Shown here: positions 42,401-51,477 of the stretch, piece by piece
Position numbering within the stretch: position 1 is the stretch's first letter
Layout of the letters: every line of letters begins with the position of its first letter
Made by a program: the position numbers and the translations under genes
Notes under the pieces: model-generated
Databases searched by the model: none
What the model was told of the DNA's origin: nothing
The model's input: the letters and a program-made list of their open reading frames with translations, nothing else
Virus record (IMG/VR): IMGVR_UViG_3300022542_000881
Location: 1-62,384 of that record
Length of the DNA stretch: 62,384 nt
From: a virus
Strand: one strand, 5' to 3'

Positions 42401-43735
42401 AGATTTATATTTATTCTCATTAGCGGATACCTTTTTTCTTATATCGGCAAGAACTTCAATATCATATTGTGTTTTCCCCTCTTCTACCTCAGGTTTAATG
42501 CCCTCTTCTTCTACTTTTATCTGTTGAAGATCAGCCCTAGCACCGATAGTACCAAATGCAGTACCACCTACTGCTCCTGCGGCGAAAGTATTAATAAAAC
42601 GTTTAGCGGTTTCTTTCCAATCAGCGGGGGCCTCTGCACCTGTTATACGTTCATTTGCTATGGATAAGAATTCCTGTACAACTTCCTGTATACCTTCAGC
42701 TCCCGCTGATTTAGGTATAGCTACACCGGCACGTTTAAGGAAATTTTTTATGCCCTTGATGGTTTCATTATATGCTTCCCCTGTCAATTTCTTAGGGATA
42801 CCAGTGGGTACTTTTGCAAATTTTTTAGCCAATATACCAAGAGGAGAAAATAACTCAGTTGCTCCTGATAAAGTACCAAGCATAGCGGCTGAGAAAGGGT
42901 TTGCATCTTCTATACCACGTCTCTCGGCATCTGTCATAAACATACTACCAGATTCTTTAGCACCAGAAGAAGCAACAAGGGCTATGGACGCACCGACACT
43001 TCTTGATGCGGCAGATTCCATAGCTTCTTTAGTCATACCCCTATATATACCCTTCTTTACTCCTCGTTTTATTTGGGCATCTACCATCTTCCCAAGGGTA
43101 GCTTTTAGGGCTTTTCTTCCTGTGGCCCCTGCGATGGCTCCACCAACTGTACCTGCTCCGGGGACAGCGGCAGTTCCTAAAGCCGCACCTATTAACGTGG
43201 ATAGGGCAGTTTCAGCGGCGGCGGGTGCCATTTCTCCTAGAGTAGACATAGCAAAGGTATGAAGATCGGATATAGATCCCGCTACCCCTCGTTTTTTAAA
43301 ATCGCTTACAATAGATGTAAACTCTTTTGCCTTAGAAGGATATAATTTTGCTTCTTGTATATTACGTTGATATCCCTTAAATGCTTTTGTGGCTGTTTTC
43401 TCTGCCCCGACAGCTTTTGCGGCAAGACCAAAAGCACCGAATCCCATGCCTTGAGCTTGTTGTACACCCCTGGCCACAGCTCTTACAAATTCCGGTTCTT
43501 TAAGATTACGTTTTTGTGTCTTACGTTGTTTATATGAAAGGCCAGATGAATCTATTTCTGGTCCAATAACGCCCGTCGGTTTTACTCTAGTGGGTTTTAT
43601 ATCAGTAGTACTTGACTTTGCTATATCTGCAAGTTTACTCTTAAATGTGTCAAGACCTGTATCACCAGTAACTTTCGGGGTTAAAGCTTCGGATCTTTTA
43701 TCCTCATAAGCTTTTATATCTGCAAATAAACTCAT
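36476..43735 (-). CDS. Giant 2419-aa virion protein with a zincin HExxH motif (polyvalent internal/ejection protein candidate)
   Basis: A single uninterrupted ORF. Features:
- Gly/Ala-rich hydrophobic N-terminal ~400 aa
- VLGHEFTHS at aa ~680 (nt 41678-41692)
- long coiled-coil stretches
- a Pro/Ala-rich linker (nt ~39840-39930)
- a ~900-aa C-terminal region without recognisable motifs. Confidence 0.7.
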   Translation of the reverse strand: MSLFADIKAYEDKRSEALTPKVTGDTGLDTFKSKLADIAKSSTTDIKPTRVKPTGVIGPEIDSSGLSYKQRKTQKRNLKEPEFVRAVARGVQQAQGMGFGAFGLAAKAVGAEKTATKAFKGYQRNIQEAKLYPSKAKEFTSIVSDFKKRGVAGSISDLHTFAMSTLGEMAPAAAETALSTLIGAALGTAAVPGAGTVGGAIAGATGRKALKATLGKMVDAQIKRGVKKGIYRGMTKEAMESAASRSVGASIALVASSGAKESGSMFMTDAERRGIEDANPFSAAMLGTLSGATELFSPLGILAKKFAKVPTGIPKKLTGEAYNETIKGIKNFLKRAGVAIPKSAGAEGIQEVVQEFLSIANERITGAEAPADWKETAKRFINTFAAGAVGGTAFGTIGARADLQQIKVEEEGIKPEVEEGKTQYDIEVLADIRKKVSANENKYKSLEVHLKRKPDDVAAQAQLEDLNTQRDGLLIQLREQVEAKKIEDDASELEKAAFGDSVKLAEPDKPKIMLALRQGTLTKEQWDKADKKEFTTEEIKDISDDIKDKEDSKFIDEINKTGEIPKAEEPIKRIPPKELAPGEVPVEDIADVQLVSELQEGVNTQSKDSNVYSESDITISEKRSEQDHVADAIATLFGVRIVRFRENNEGAMPINGGFSPANPNVLFMNENNDKTAQWVLGHEFTHSLKNSDPDAFNTLMTVAQEGMSKEAKSKYEQKLRDAYKREGQGAATVAVEEEMLADFVGDQFNSMKFWDNLHSSDPTHFEKVLSALKEIIDKIISNKNVIGNDIISKDFFNNIDNLQSTLTNVTRAYIGEIGAVEHMQSKLGIEATTIDKIGDRYSNFIVGEGASIGIREDENAIYIDRYAYEPDETEFTKALIQLLSYARDAKKKVIAIGTGDSHPFFVERMLFTGMGNNSYFFPQSSMNRGGVKGGAVISHIRVIEGKEPDITILPTADVSMRIRGQVQMMPGFVKEAEKEWKSARKQYREVKRRYKESESDVDFAKMVELRNITRDLKDVFDAAIAESRGLIERPEIDADAETKRIVDAGGTIDPNVAIEAKTAYDEAKNKFDTLVREKADEGDIATADELATEAEYQMQQARANVDYFYASEKEAGVEVEEPTTDPIADKLHRLAFVLNRVDSFRENAFDSLEEYDDYIYIKTRLREETDPERIDMLRGRIQMMEDDGVRTRHRKDARVVDILHKETDQLETDLIEMTGRTPEQISKDAQEEYDKREKEAEELEAKVDLDAKARLAEQGLTPEQAEVALPVAAPTPPTAAPVPEAPAAPTAKKKPKPKLKVTQVFLDLEKGPGPKEIPQGLEEYNKTIQDVVSTINHIKDLRKLNSARATKKIESLSNRIRLLREQAERQIVEGELEGLSVNDSINISMEVKEKVPGFKPVMVKSAATATSPVEGEKEDSKPRFIPKKARKKELEELVEEQMADINSTIRDSLGRPEDEVNLEEQLEALYDELTTTENEGKSLAIENKISAIEDEINEQEAEKPVFKFSRKDNAYGLDVKDPNPDVESRMISAKLNPDTWMDRVKRKADEIFKKSTSAHAELRPGKFGQLKNWLRLLKNTSRQGAYKAWDTVYTNVKGLDTAEREVFSRVLVLTDILRDAQLDKNGESLLDDGWLPFNFNTIAEVKDSLRHFQGQARKSPRLMKALATRRSQLKIVQEELVDLGLLPERVLTDQNYFHHQVLEHMAREDTFIMFNQQQSVRNQRKSSFKARQGSLEDYNTEYLSSEYEMLSQAHEAIAAKKIKMDIRRKYDIFPSVVAKAKAEADKWGLGKVDWQATLKETPGFSVFKPDPNMNWGMIHTVPEKTIKKILENEKITFDDLILGTVRRPDETWIVPNEVADTLKKLQVPVAETGGLEGISRSFINTWKKWTLMNPFRFFRYSTNNMSGDLDAVVAYDHRIMKYTRQAFSDVRADTKNIGAKAFSSEKGAKGVSPELHEELKLAYEHDVIGSGFVLHEVQDIDSDFRAIMEGPKPGAINKVTRPFAWWMDNTRALNNMRENTLRLAAFRYFRDRIESGEKAIYGASNPADIDDIVDPIEKAAKLSRELLGDYGRLTETGDYIRNNLIPFYSWMEINAPRYYRMMANAKAEGRDSKSIAKTISWQTAKKATGIAGRFMAFSATIALWNFTFFGDEERDLTPDQRRKMHILLGRNPDGSVRYLPISGAFRDALGWFGGEDLEYDIADVASGEIGPMKKVVEAGSSFSNRLVGGARPIVKTTGEALAGKSFYPDIWNPRPIYNKWDHIFRTFSLELITRRAMGIPTRGMQGDFTSRLWYNVDPGEAAYFQIRKKVNDFVKEEKGERPSHIPSTKSKALYYYKQSLRFSDLDLAGKHLERYYDLGGSIRGKKISLKLSEPTGGLPKDIRSKFYKTLTKEERRKLNEASKWYKKKFKSRSRLVKTP

Positions 43736-43750
43736 ATTTATCTCTATTTT

Positions 43751-44494
43751 TTAAAAGAATGGAACAAATGGAATATCTCTTTCTTCTTCTAGGGGTTCAA
43801 GGTCTGGGAACATCCTCTGAATATCTGGACTTAAACCCTCGTATAATTTTGCTCTTTGTTCCTCGATAATTGACCTGTCCCCCTCAGTAAGTTCTTTATC
43901 CCCGAACATTTCATTGATGGCTCTAAGTCTATTAGAGGTTTCCTGGAATGCAATATTCTGTTGTTTTAAATAAGCGGGTCCACGTTCTGCGGCAAGTCTT
44001 TGTTCTTCACCCATACCCGCATATTTTAAAAATCTACCCTCTTCTTCCCCCCTTACCCTAGCGGCTAGAGATTTTTCTTGCTGAGCAATAGATCCTGTTC
44101 TAAATTTTTCCTGAGAAGCTAATTCCGCCTCTCTAACAGCAAGACCCTTCTTACTTACATCCACCTTCCCTCTTTGAAATTCAGCAGTTGCAACATCTTT
44201 AGCTTTTATAGCACCTAATTCTTCCCTTCTAACTCCTAGGGTTTCTCCCAATCGTTCACCGGCACCTGCTTCCTTCAATCTTGCCACTCCTAGAGCACCC
44301 GCTTCCCTGATTTTTGCTGTATCAAGTGCTGTTTGGGCTGTCTGGCGTGTTTTAAATCTTTCGGTAGCTTGTGCTTCTCTGGCCCTTATGGTTTTTGGCC
44401 TTACTCTATCCCTGGCGGCTCTATCACCTTCAATTGTACCGGTTGGTAAACCCGCAATATCTATAGCAGTACTACCAAATCTTCTCCGTGCCAT
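43751..44494 (-). CDS. Arg/Ala/Glu-rich helical protein (internal virion protein candidate)
   Basis: 247 aa. Directly upstream of the giant gene. Confidence 0.5.
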   Translation of the reverse strand: MARRRFGSTAIDIAGLPTGTIEGDRAARDRVRPKTIRAREAQATERFKTRQTAQTALDTAKIREAGALGVARLKEAGAGERLGETLGVRREELGAIKAKDVATAEFQRGKVDVSKKGLAVREAELASQEKFRTGSIAQQEKSLAARVRGEEEGRFLKYAGMGEEQRLAAERGPAYLKQQNIAFQETSNRLRAINEMFGDKELTEGDRSIIEEQRAKLYEGLSPDIQRMFPDLEPLEEERDIPFVPFF

Positions 44495-44497
44495 AAT

Positions 44498-46156
44498 TTA
44501 TCTCCTCTTAACAAATTCACGTCTAAGAAAACGTGTAGTTTTATTTGTATACGATAGCGTATTGCTAATTCTAAAAGATTCTGTGTCATTAAGACCGGCA
44601 TTTTTAATTTCTATATCTGAAACTGTTAAATTTACTACAGTAAATCTAGAATTATATGATATTGATAATGTTGGTAAAGAGGCAATTAAATTACCTATAT
44701 TTCCAATAAATCCACCAGATCCAGGAACTTTTATAGTTATATAATCTGAATCATTATCAACTGAACCAAACATTAGAATATCACCAGATAAATCCACATT
44801 AAAACCAGGAATACTAAAAATATTCTCAATTGAATGTTCAATATTCTTTGCCCATACAAAAGTACCACTAGGATCATGTTTAACAAGAGTTATGATCTGT
44901 GTGGAATCAAAATTATTTACTAAAAGGTATATATTACCTACTCTATCAACAGTCATACGGGGTATAAAGTCATTATCCGATTCACTATTAGAGTACGGGA
45001 CAGATACCGTCCATGTCCTATTGGCTACCTCATTTCCTGAATCATCAAATTTTGTTACTATAGCATGAAAATCCCCCGATGTAGAATCAAATGGATCTAT
45101 TTCTCCACATAAAGTATATACTCCATCATGAACTACTTCGGTATTTATACCCCATATATAATTACCTGCTTTACCGCTAACTGTATAATTAAAATGTTTA
45201 GCCCAAGAAAAAGCCCCCGCATTGGTCAATTTAATTAAAAATGGTGCTCCGATAATTGAAAAAGAACCATAATAAAAACGGCCTATACCATATACATTGG
45301 CTATGGCGTCAATAGTGATATCTTCTAAAAACGTTAAATCCCCATTTGTTATAGGAGGACCAATTACATCATATCCTCCAATTCGCTTCTGCCAAGATAA
45401 TGAACCATTAGATTGACTAAATTTAAAAATCCATCCCTGTTGTCTATCAGGATTTGGACCATTAGCATAATCTCTTAACCACCCAGAGACATAAACACTA
45501 TCGCTACTAAGGGTCAATCCTGTACTGTATACGCTTGTATATAATATCCCAATATCACGTTGCCATGAAATCGAGAGGTCGGGAGAATACTTAGCTAATA
45601 TAGTATCAAAATACCCATCTGCTCTTTCACTGTAACCATCGAATAATACATATATATTACCTTCGGGATCTACGATTATGTCAGTACCAAATTCTATAGA
45701 AGTGTTATACCCCAAATCCCTTTGAGCTATGAATATACCATTTCTATTATATATAGCAATAAATACATTATAATTAGCTATAGCTGTTTTTGTACTACCA
45801 ATAACATATACTCTACGCCTGGAATCAGTATATACAGCCATTGGGTATGATTCAAGCATACTTCCTGTTATATCAGCATGCCAATAATATTCATACCAAA
45901 TATCGTAATGTATTACTCCTTCTATTTCCTCTTTTGCCTTAACAGGTCTTACGTATATATTTATTATTTTAATATTATAACATATATAACAATCTATCTC
46001 AATACCTGGTTGCAAACGTGTAACTGATCTATCTTGCCTTAAACCCATAAAAGTCATAGAATTCTCTAATACACGTAAACGTTCCTTAGAAAACCCAACT
46101 AGGTTCTTTGCTAATTCAACATTCCCAAATAATCTTATTGAAGGTTCTATAGTCAT
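44498..46156 (-). CDS. Beta-propeller-like tail-associated protein
   Basis: 552 aa with recurring ...GNIYV... / ...W.+... blade-like segments. Confidence 0.5.
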   Translation of the reverse strand: MTIEPSIRLFGNVELAKNLVGFSKERLRVLENSMTFMGLRQDRSVTRLQPGIEIDCYICYNIKIINIYVRPVKAKEEIEGVIHYDIWYEYYWHADITGSMLESYPMAVYTDSRRRVYVIGSTKTAIANYNVFIAIYNRNGIFIAQRDLGYNTSIEFGTDIIVDPEGNIYVLFDGYSERADGYFDTILAKYSPDLSISWQRDIGILYTSVYSTGLTLSSDSVYVSGWLRDYANGPNPDRQQGWIFKFSQSNGSLSWQKRIGGYDVIGPPITNGDLTFLEDITIDAIANVYGIGRFYYGSFSIIGAPFLIKLTNAGAFSWAKHFNYTVSGKAGNYIWGINTEVVHDGVYTLCGEIDPFDSTSGDFHAIVTKFDDSGNEVANRTWTVSVPYSNSESDNDFIPRMTVDRVGNIYLLVNNFDSTQIITLVKHDPSGTFVWAKNIEHSIENIFSIPGFNVDLSGDILMFGSVDNDSDYITIKVPGSGGFIGNIGNLIASLPTLSISYNSRFTVVNLTVSDIEIKNAGLNDTESFRISNTLSYTNKTTRFLRREFVKRR

Positions 46157-47574
46157 TAAGTTTCTTCATATGAATGAGATTCTGTTAATCCAGCACTATA
46201 CGATAAAGATTCAGACTGACTTTCATTATGACCAAAAGATTCACTAATGGATTCTTGACCACTATATCCAAGTGATGCGGAAGCATTAACTGAACTAAGG
46301 GCAGATGCAACAGCTTGTGACGCTATCCCTGCCATTGATGATGCTACCGCTTCTCTAGTCGTCATCTCAACTTCGTATCCCTTCAATTGGGCATCGATTA
46401 TTGATAAAGCTTCTCTTAATTCTAGATCAGCTTTTTGTAATTTTGTTTTATAATTCTCCAGATCAATAGTCTGGTTTACGGAATTGGCTCTAGTTTTTGC
46501 TTCAAAAGCACCAATCTCACCATTAAACCCATCCATTAAAGATTTATTCTTAGAGGCAATGGCATTAACATTTGAACTATATGCTTCAACTAGACCTCTA
46601 TATGTATCTATTAGGCCCTTGTTATATTGGACAACTCCATTTAAATATTCAACCTGAACTTGAATATATATCTTATTACCCTCGGCTATAGCTAAGAATG
46701 CCCTTACTTTTTCAGTGTAATTTTTTAGAATAAGGTCTGCGATAGCCTTTTCTTTATCTAAACTACGATCAGATTGTTTTGAGTTAAATTCCCGGAGTAA
46801 TATCTCAATAGCAATTGCTTGTTTAATTATAAATTGGGAATTATTCTGAGCTAAATTAGCTTGCTCAATAGCAATTTTTCCATTTATTTCAGTATTATTC
46901 CTGGCTATTTCTGAATTAGCTTCCGCCAATCTACCTGCCATAGCTCCTGGGGGAAGGGTAAAATTACGAGCGGCAAAATAATCTTCAATTTCCCGATATT
47001 TATCATCATTTTCGGTCTGTTGCCTATTTAAGGCCCTATCCCATATCTCTTGTTCAATATCTGGATCAAGACCAGTTGCACCATATTTTATATCATTAAG
47101 TACACGTGTTAACAAATCAACATATACATCAGAATTATAAGGTACTTCATCCCAATCGATTGTTGGATTTACTTCATTTGGTGGGGTTCCTGGCTTAAGA
47201 TCTCCCAAATTTACTTGAGGAATTGCATCTAGAACAGGTTCAGGAGTAGTAAAATCTGGAATGTTATCTAAATCCGGCACTTCTCCCAATGATGGTAAGT
47301 CAGGGACAGTTGGGGTAAAATCCGGTACATTAACCCCTATATCCCCTATGTCTGGTACAGCGTATGTTTCTAGGAGATTATTAAGTTCACCTAAATATCC
47401 AGACTCACCATCCTCGCCTACTAACCTTATCAACATCTCACGAGTGATGTTCATAGATTCATCAAATCTCTGAGTAACAGTAGACCATGGTGCACTAGGA
47501 TTTACATAAATGGATTTATCTTCCATTTCCATATTAAAGGCAGGTAAATCACCTACTTGAACAAAATCGCCCAT
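46156..47574 (-). CDS. Tail-associated protein with a central coiled coil
   Basis: 472 aa. Ser/Glu-rich C-terminal tail. Confidence 0.5.
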   Translation of the reverse strand: MGDFVQVGDLPAFNMEMEDKSIYVNPSAPWSTVTQRFDESMNITREMLIRLVGEDGESGYLGELNNLLETYAVPDIGDIGVNVPDFTPTVPDLPSLGEVPDLDNIPDFTTPEPVLDAIPQVNLGDLKPGTPPNEVNPTIDWDEVPYNSDVYVDLLTRVLNDIKYGATGLDPDIEQEIWDRALNRQQTENDDKYREIEDYFAARNFTLPPGAMAGRLAEANSEIARNNTEINGKIAIEQANLAQNNSQFIIKQAIAIEILLREFNSKQSDRSLDKEKAIADLILKNYTEKVRAFLAIAEGNKIYIQVQVEYLNGVVQYNKGLIDTYRGLVEAYSSNVNAIASKNKSLMDGFNGEIGAFEAKTRANSVNQTIDLENYKTKLQKADLELREALSIIDAQLKGYEVEMTTREAVASSMAGIASQAVASALSSVNASASLGYSGQESISESFGHNESQSESLSYSAGLTESHSYEET

Positions 47575-47577
47575 AAT

Positions 47578-48054
47578 TTAACTCCCTTGTGTTATACCAT
47601 TAGATCTTACTATTGGAAGACCTTTAATAGAATCCATTGAAAAATCCTTTCCATCTACATTCTTTACTCTAAATGCCCAATACCCACCATGGTTTAAACG
47701 TTCTATGGGAACTCTTGATCTCTGCTGACCAGATTTATGTGCAAGAATGTCATACGTCCTTGAATCACCTTGATCAACATAAACATCAACTTCTAGATCA
47801 TCATCCTCGTTAGCTTCAAATGTAAAATATAAATAACGAAAACGCTTTGCATTATGCATACCGAAATTAGAAGTTTTTCCCTCAAAATAGGCATCTATTT
47901 TAATACCATTATCATCGTCTCCACAACATAAACTAAATAATCCTAATTCATTTGCTCCAATAGATATGCCATTAAAATATACCATACTGGAGAAATTAAA
48001 ATTTGTATATTGGGATGAAGCCCTTATTTTTATATTACTTGCTACAGTTAGCAT
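47578..48054 (-). CDS. Hypothetical tail-module protein
   Basis: 158 aa. Confidence 0.5.
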   Translation of the reverse strand: MLTVASNIKIRASSQYTNFNFSSMVYFNGISIGANELGLFSLCCGDDDNGIKIDAYFEGKTSNFGMHNAKRFRYLYFTFEANEDDDLEVDVYVDQGDSRTYDILAHKSGQQRSRVPIERLNHGGYWAFRVKNVDGKDFSMDSIKGLPIVRSNGITQGS

Positions 48055-49028
48055 GATGGGTTCCGTTCATGTTGCATTATATAAGAATCTTCTGGATTAT
48101 TTATAATACCATTTATTATTAATTTAGGTAAAATAATATCTCCTGATTTATCCCCAAGCGGCGAAAAATTACCCTCACCAGAAATAATAAAAGCTTGTAA
48201 TAATATGGTACCATTAGCATTCGGAACAAAAATAGAAGTTCCATTAGTAACTAATTTAGGTAAAATAATATCCCCATTACTTAAACCTATAAAATCAGCA
48301 ACACCATCAACGATAAGACTTCTAAAATTTATAACTCCATTACCTATATGATCAGCAGATCCAACACCATCAACTTGCATAGAAGGAAAATCAATATCTC
48401 CGACACTTCCTGAATATCCTTCAATTTTTAATTTAGGTAATGATAATTCTCCAGTAGCGTAATAGGATTTATCATTTAACAACTCACCCGAAATAACTAC
48501 ATTCTTAAGTTGTATAAATCCTGTTGCTGGATTAGAATAACCAGCAAGTCCTATAAGGGATTGGAGATAACTTAAAGATTCTCCATATACATAATCCCCG
48601 CCCTTAGATAATAATACAGGAAGATCTGGGTCTCCTTCCCCATAATCACTTTGTATTATTATACCATCAGAAGCAAGTATTTGTAAATTCCCATATCCAA
48701 TGGAAATATCTTCTGGATCATAACTACCTGCGGCTTCTCCTGATGATGTTAAAGATGGAAGATCTCCTGTACCTTGAGACGTTGTATTTATTGCATCCCT
48801 TCCTATATTATTTAAAGCAGGTAATTGCGCTCTGCCATAATAATATATAGCATTGGCATAAAAATAGCTTGTCCCACCCATAGTGGATGAAGCAAGTTGG
48901 GCATCAAGAATGGTTAAATGGCCGTACCCACTTAAAAGCGCATCAAAATCATATGCAGTTAATGAGCCAACACCTGATAATGTTACTACTTGTCCTGCAT
49001 ATGCTGTTAATGAACTAGTACCTTTCAT
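48048..49028 (-). CDS. Hypothetical tail-module protein with internal repeats
   Basis: 326 aa. Repeated GDIILPKL(V/I)(T/I)NG segments. Confidence 0.5.
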   Translation of the reverse strand: MKGTSSLTAYAGQVVTLSGVGSLTAYDFDALLSGYGHLTILDAQLASSTMGGTSYFYANAIYYYGRAQLPALNNIGRDAINTTSQGTGDLPSLTSSGEAAGSYDPEDISIGYGNLQILASDGIIIQSDYGEGDPDLPVLLSKGGDYVYGESLSYLQSLIGLAGYSNPATGFIQLKNVVISGELLNDKSYYATGELSLPKLKIEGYSGSVGDIDFPSMQVDGVGSADHIGNGVINFRSLIVDGVADFIGLSNGDIILPKLVTNGTSIFVPNANGTILLQAFIISGEGNFSPLGDKSGDIILPKLIINGIINNPEDSYIMQHERNPSC

Positions 49029-49789
49029 TATGCGCTACCAAATTGAACTGTCCCTGTTTCGAAGGAAGAATTTAATATTATATCACCACCAGTGTATAAA
49101 AGGGCATAAACATAAAGCGGTATGATACTAGGAATAGGTATAGAAGTAGTTTCATGAACCTCGACATCCGTTCCTGATATAAATACATAAACAATACGAC
49201 CATCGGCTTGCCTATAAATACGTAATTCAGTGTCTATATCATATATACTAGATAATGTCTTAATAACTTGTCCATTTTCAAATACGCTTATTCCTGTTTG
49301 ATCAGCAATTATACCATGCTCAAATCTATCTATATGCTGACCCGATATACCTACTCCACCTACTCCTACAAAGGAACCACTAATACCTGGATTAAGATTA
49401 TATGTTATATAATCCCCAATAATCAATTGAGATATACTCACAGACGAGGTATTCCACCCAATGTTTAGTGATCTGGACAGTTGAGAGGGTATAGCAGGCA
49501 ATCCTGCAAAACCTGGAATTACGGCTTGAGCAGGAACCCAGACATCTATATATTTAGAGGTATGAGTATAGATAGGAACAGCACTATCATTAGGTGATAA
49601 AGCTTCCCCTGAACCCCCTGCACCTATTAAGTTATTAAAAAGGGTATAATTTGAATACGAAACCGATACTATAACTGATAATACTGTTTCATAATGTCCT
49701 GGTATATAAGGTGAACCGGGATATGCGGGAACCTCTGGGCTACCCGGAATAATTGAAGTAACTATGTCTTTAACAAGAAAAGTTGACAT
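49028..49789 (-). CDS. Hypothetical tail-module protein
   Basis: 253 aa. Confidence 0.5.
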   Translation of the reverse strand: MSTFLVKDIVTSIIPGSPEVPAYPGSPYIPGHYETVLSVIVSVSYSNYTLFNNLIGAGGSGEALSPNDSAVPIYTHTSKYIDVWVPAQAVIPGFAGLPAIPSQLSRSLNIGWNTSSVSISQLIIGDYITYNLNPGISGSFVGVGGVGISGQHIDRFEHGIIADQTGISVFENGQVIKTLSSIYDIDTELRIYRQADGRIVYVFISGTDVEVHETTSIPIPSIIPLYVYALLYTGGDIILNSSFETGTVQFGSA

Positions 49790-50592
49790 TATTTTGAATA
49801 CCTATAAATATATCTAGACGAGCTATCTGCTATATATAATTCATCTTCACTAGGGGAAAAATGTATTCCAAAAACATTAGAAGATTGTAACGATATATCC
49901 AAAGCATAACCGTTATCTACTCCTGTTGTTATATCCCATGCAGTTGTCAAATCTATTTGAATTATGGTATCATACCCCTTATCAGCAATAAATAGTTTAG
50001 TACCATCATTAGAAAAAGAGATATCCAGTGCTACTCCGCTTGTAAATAAATCACTCTGATCCCCTGAGTATGACATAGACGATAACGCCCATGGTGTGGA
50101 CATCAGATAAGCGTATATTCGATCATTTTGTGTGCCCATGAGAAACATCATGGTACCATCAGATTTAAAATGTACACCTACACCTGAATTATCTTGGGTA
50201 CTAGCGTTATAAGACCCTATATAGCTAGTAGTCGTTAGATCCCAGGCTACTGATAAATTATACTGATAAATAGTATACGAATATTGTATGTAAAACTTTG
50301 TGCCATCTGGCTTAAATTCTATATTAAATGCACTTAAAAATAATCCAGTAGAAAAAGTATAGCTATAAGAAGCTGTGGTTATATCCCAAGCAGTACTCAT
50401 TACATATACAAGTACATTAGAAAAAATATCATCAGCAATATATAATTTAGTACCATCGGCGGAAAGTGCTACACCTGTTACATAGTTTATCTGTTTTGAG
50501 TCACCAGTATATAAAAAATCCTCTACGCTGGCTATCTGTGGACAGACCTCATGCTGATCAATATGTTTTTCCCAGAACGGACATTCAACCAT
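49789..50592 (-). CDS. Beta-propeller repeat protein
   Basis: 267 aa with five ~50-aa repeats of the form (F/S).DGTK(L/F)YI...(A/P)WD(I/L)TT.SY. Confidence 0.55.
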   Translation of the reverse strand: MVECPFWEKHIDQHEVCPQIASVEDFLYTGDSKQINYVTGVALSADGTKLYIADDIFSNVLVYVMSTAWDITTASYSYTFSTGLFLSAFNIEFKPDGTKFYIQYSYTIYQYNLSVAWDLTTTSYIGSYNASTQDNSGVGVHFKSDGTMMFLMGTQNDRIYAYLMSTPWALSSMSYSGDQSDLFTSGVALDISFSNDGTKLFIADKGYDTIIQIDLTTAWDITTGVDNGYALDISLQSSNVFGIHFSPSEDELYIADSSSRYIYRYSK

Positions 50593-50603
50593 ATTAGTTA
50601 CCC

Positions 50604-51047
50604 TTAAACAGCTGGCATCCCAATTGAATAGAAGTCAACTCTTTGTTCCTGACTGATGGTAAGATTCACATCAGCAAGCAGTAAATCGGCATTCAATGTT
50701 CCTACAGTACCCTGTGCTCTCTTCTCGGTAGTGCTCAAAAGACCACCATCTGTAAGGGAAGAGAACCGATAAAAGGAGGCAACTCCCGTAGCAGCATTTG
50801 TACCTTTCCAGGTTTCAGCAGGGGCCTTACTCAGGATACCACTGGCGGGGGTAGTATCCATACTTATACCTCCGCCGCCCCCATTATCAGAGATGGTACA
50901 TAATAGAACAGCCGCTCCAAGAGCAGCATCTGCATCACTTGGCTCTGATCCAGAGTAAATTCTTATAACTCCGCCATCAATCCCTGCTTTTAATGATCCG
51001 GTAGCTAACATATGGTCACGAAGACCAGTACTTATTTTAAAAGCCAT
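50604..51047 (-). CDS. Structural protein, paralog family member 1 of 2-3
   Basis: 147 aa. MAFKISTGLRDHML...GVIRIYSGSEPSDADAA aligns with 51478-51942. Confidence 0.55.
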   Translation of the reverse strand: MAFKISTGLRDHMLATGSLKAGIDGGVIRIYSGSEPSDADAALGAAVLLCTISDNGGGGGISMDTTPASGILSKAPAETWKGTNAATGVASFYRFSSLTDGGLLSTTEKRAQGTVGTLNADLLLADVNLTISQEQRVDFYSIGMPAV

Positions 51048-51057
51048 GATTTCCTCT

Positions 51058-51459
51058 TTAGTCTAGCTGAGCTATAATTTCGTCAGCATTAAAAGTAAGT
51101 ACCCCAAGAGCTACAAGTACCCTTGCAACCTGCAGAGAACCCTTAAATAGACAGTTACCACTAGTAACGGCATCCCAAATTGAAATATGAGTTACTGTAT
51201 ACCCACTGGACCCACTGTTCACTGTCCAAGATACTGACCCCGCATTCTCGGTTTGACCATCACCACTAGGTGTATTAAATGTAACCGATTTACGGACATA
51301 ATCTGCATCTATACCAACAGTCACCTCATTGGACGCCCCCGTTTCTCCTGGATCACCTGTATGGGTAGCAACATACCATGCCGTGGGTCTGGTGGCGGTG
51401 TCCGTAGTTAGCATCCACTTTAACAATAAAAGCTCTGAAAAATTCGTTAATCCGCTCAA
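51058..51459 (-). CDS. Structural protein (possibly a distant member of the same family)
   Basis: 133 aa of similar size and composition. Sequence similarity to its neighbours is weak. Confidence 0.5.
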   Translation of the reverse strand: MSGLTNFSELLLLKWMLTTDTATRPTAWYVATHTGDPGETGASNEVTVGIDADYVRKSVTFNTPSGDGQTENAGSVSWTVNSGSSGYTVTHISIWDAVTSGNCLFKGSLQVARVLVALGVLTFNADEIIAQLD

Positions 51460-51477
51460 TTTAGTTTCCTCTCTCTA

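Noticed and set aside
38259-43537. Numerous plus-strand ORFs of 60-200 aa inside the giant gene
   Set aside because: All are antisense to a continuous 7.3-kb ORF. They give Ser/Leu/Ile-rich low-complexity translations and have no SD sequences.
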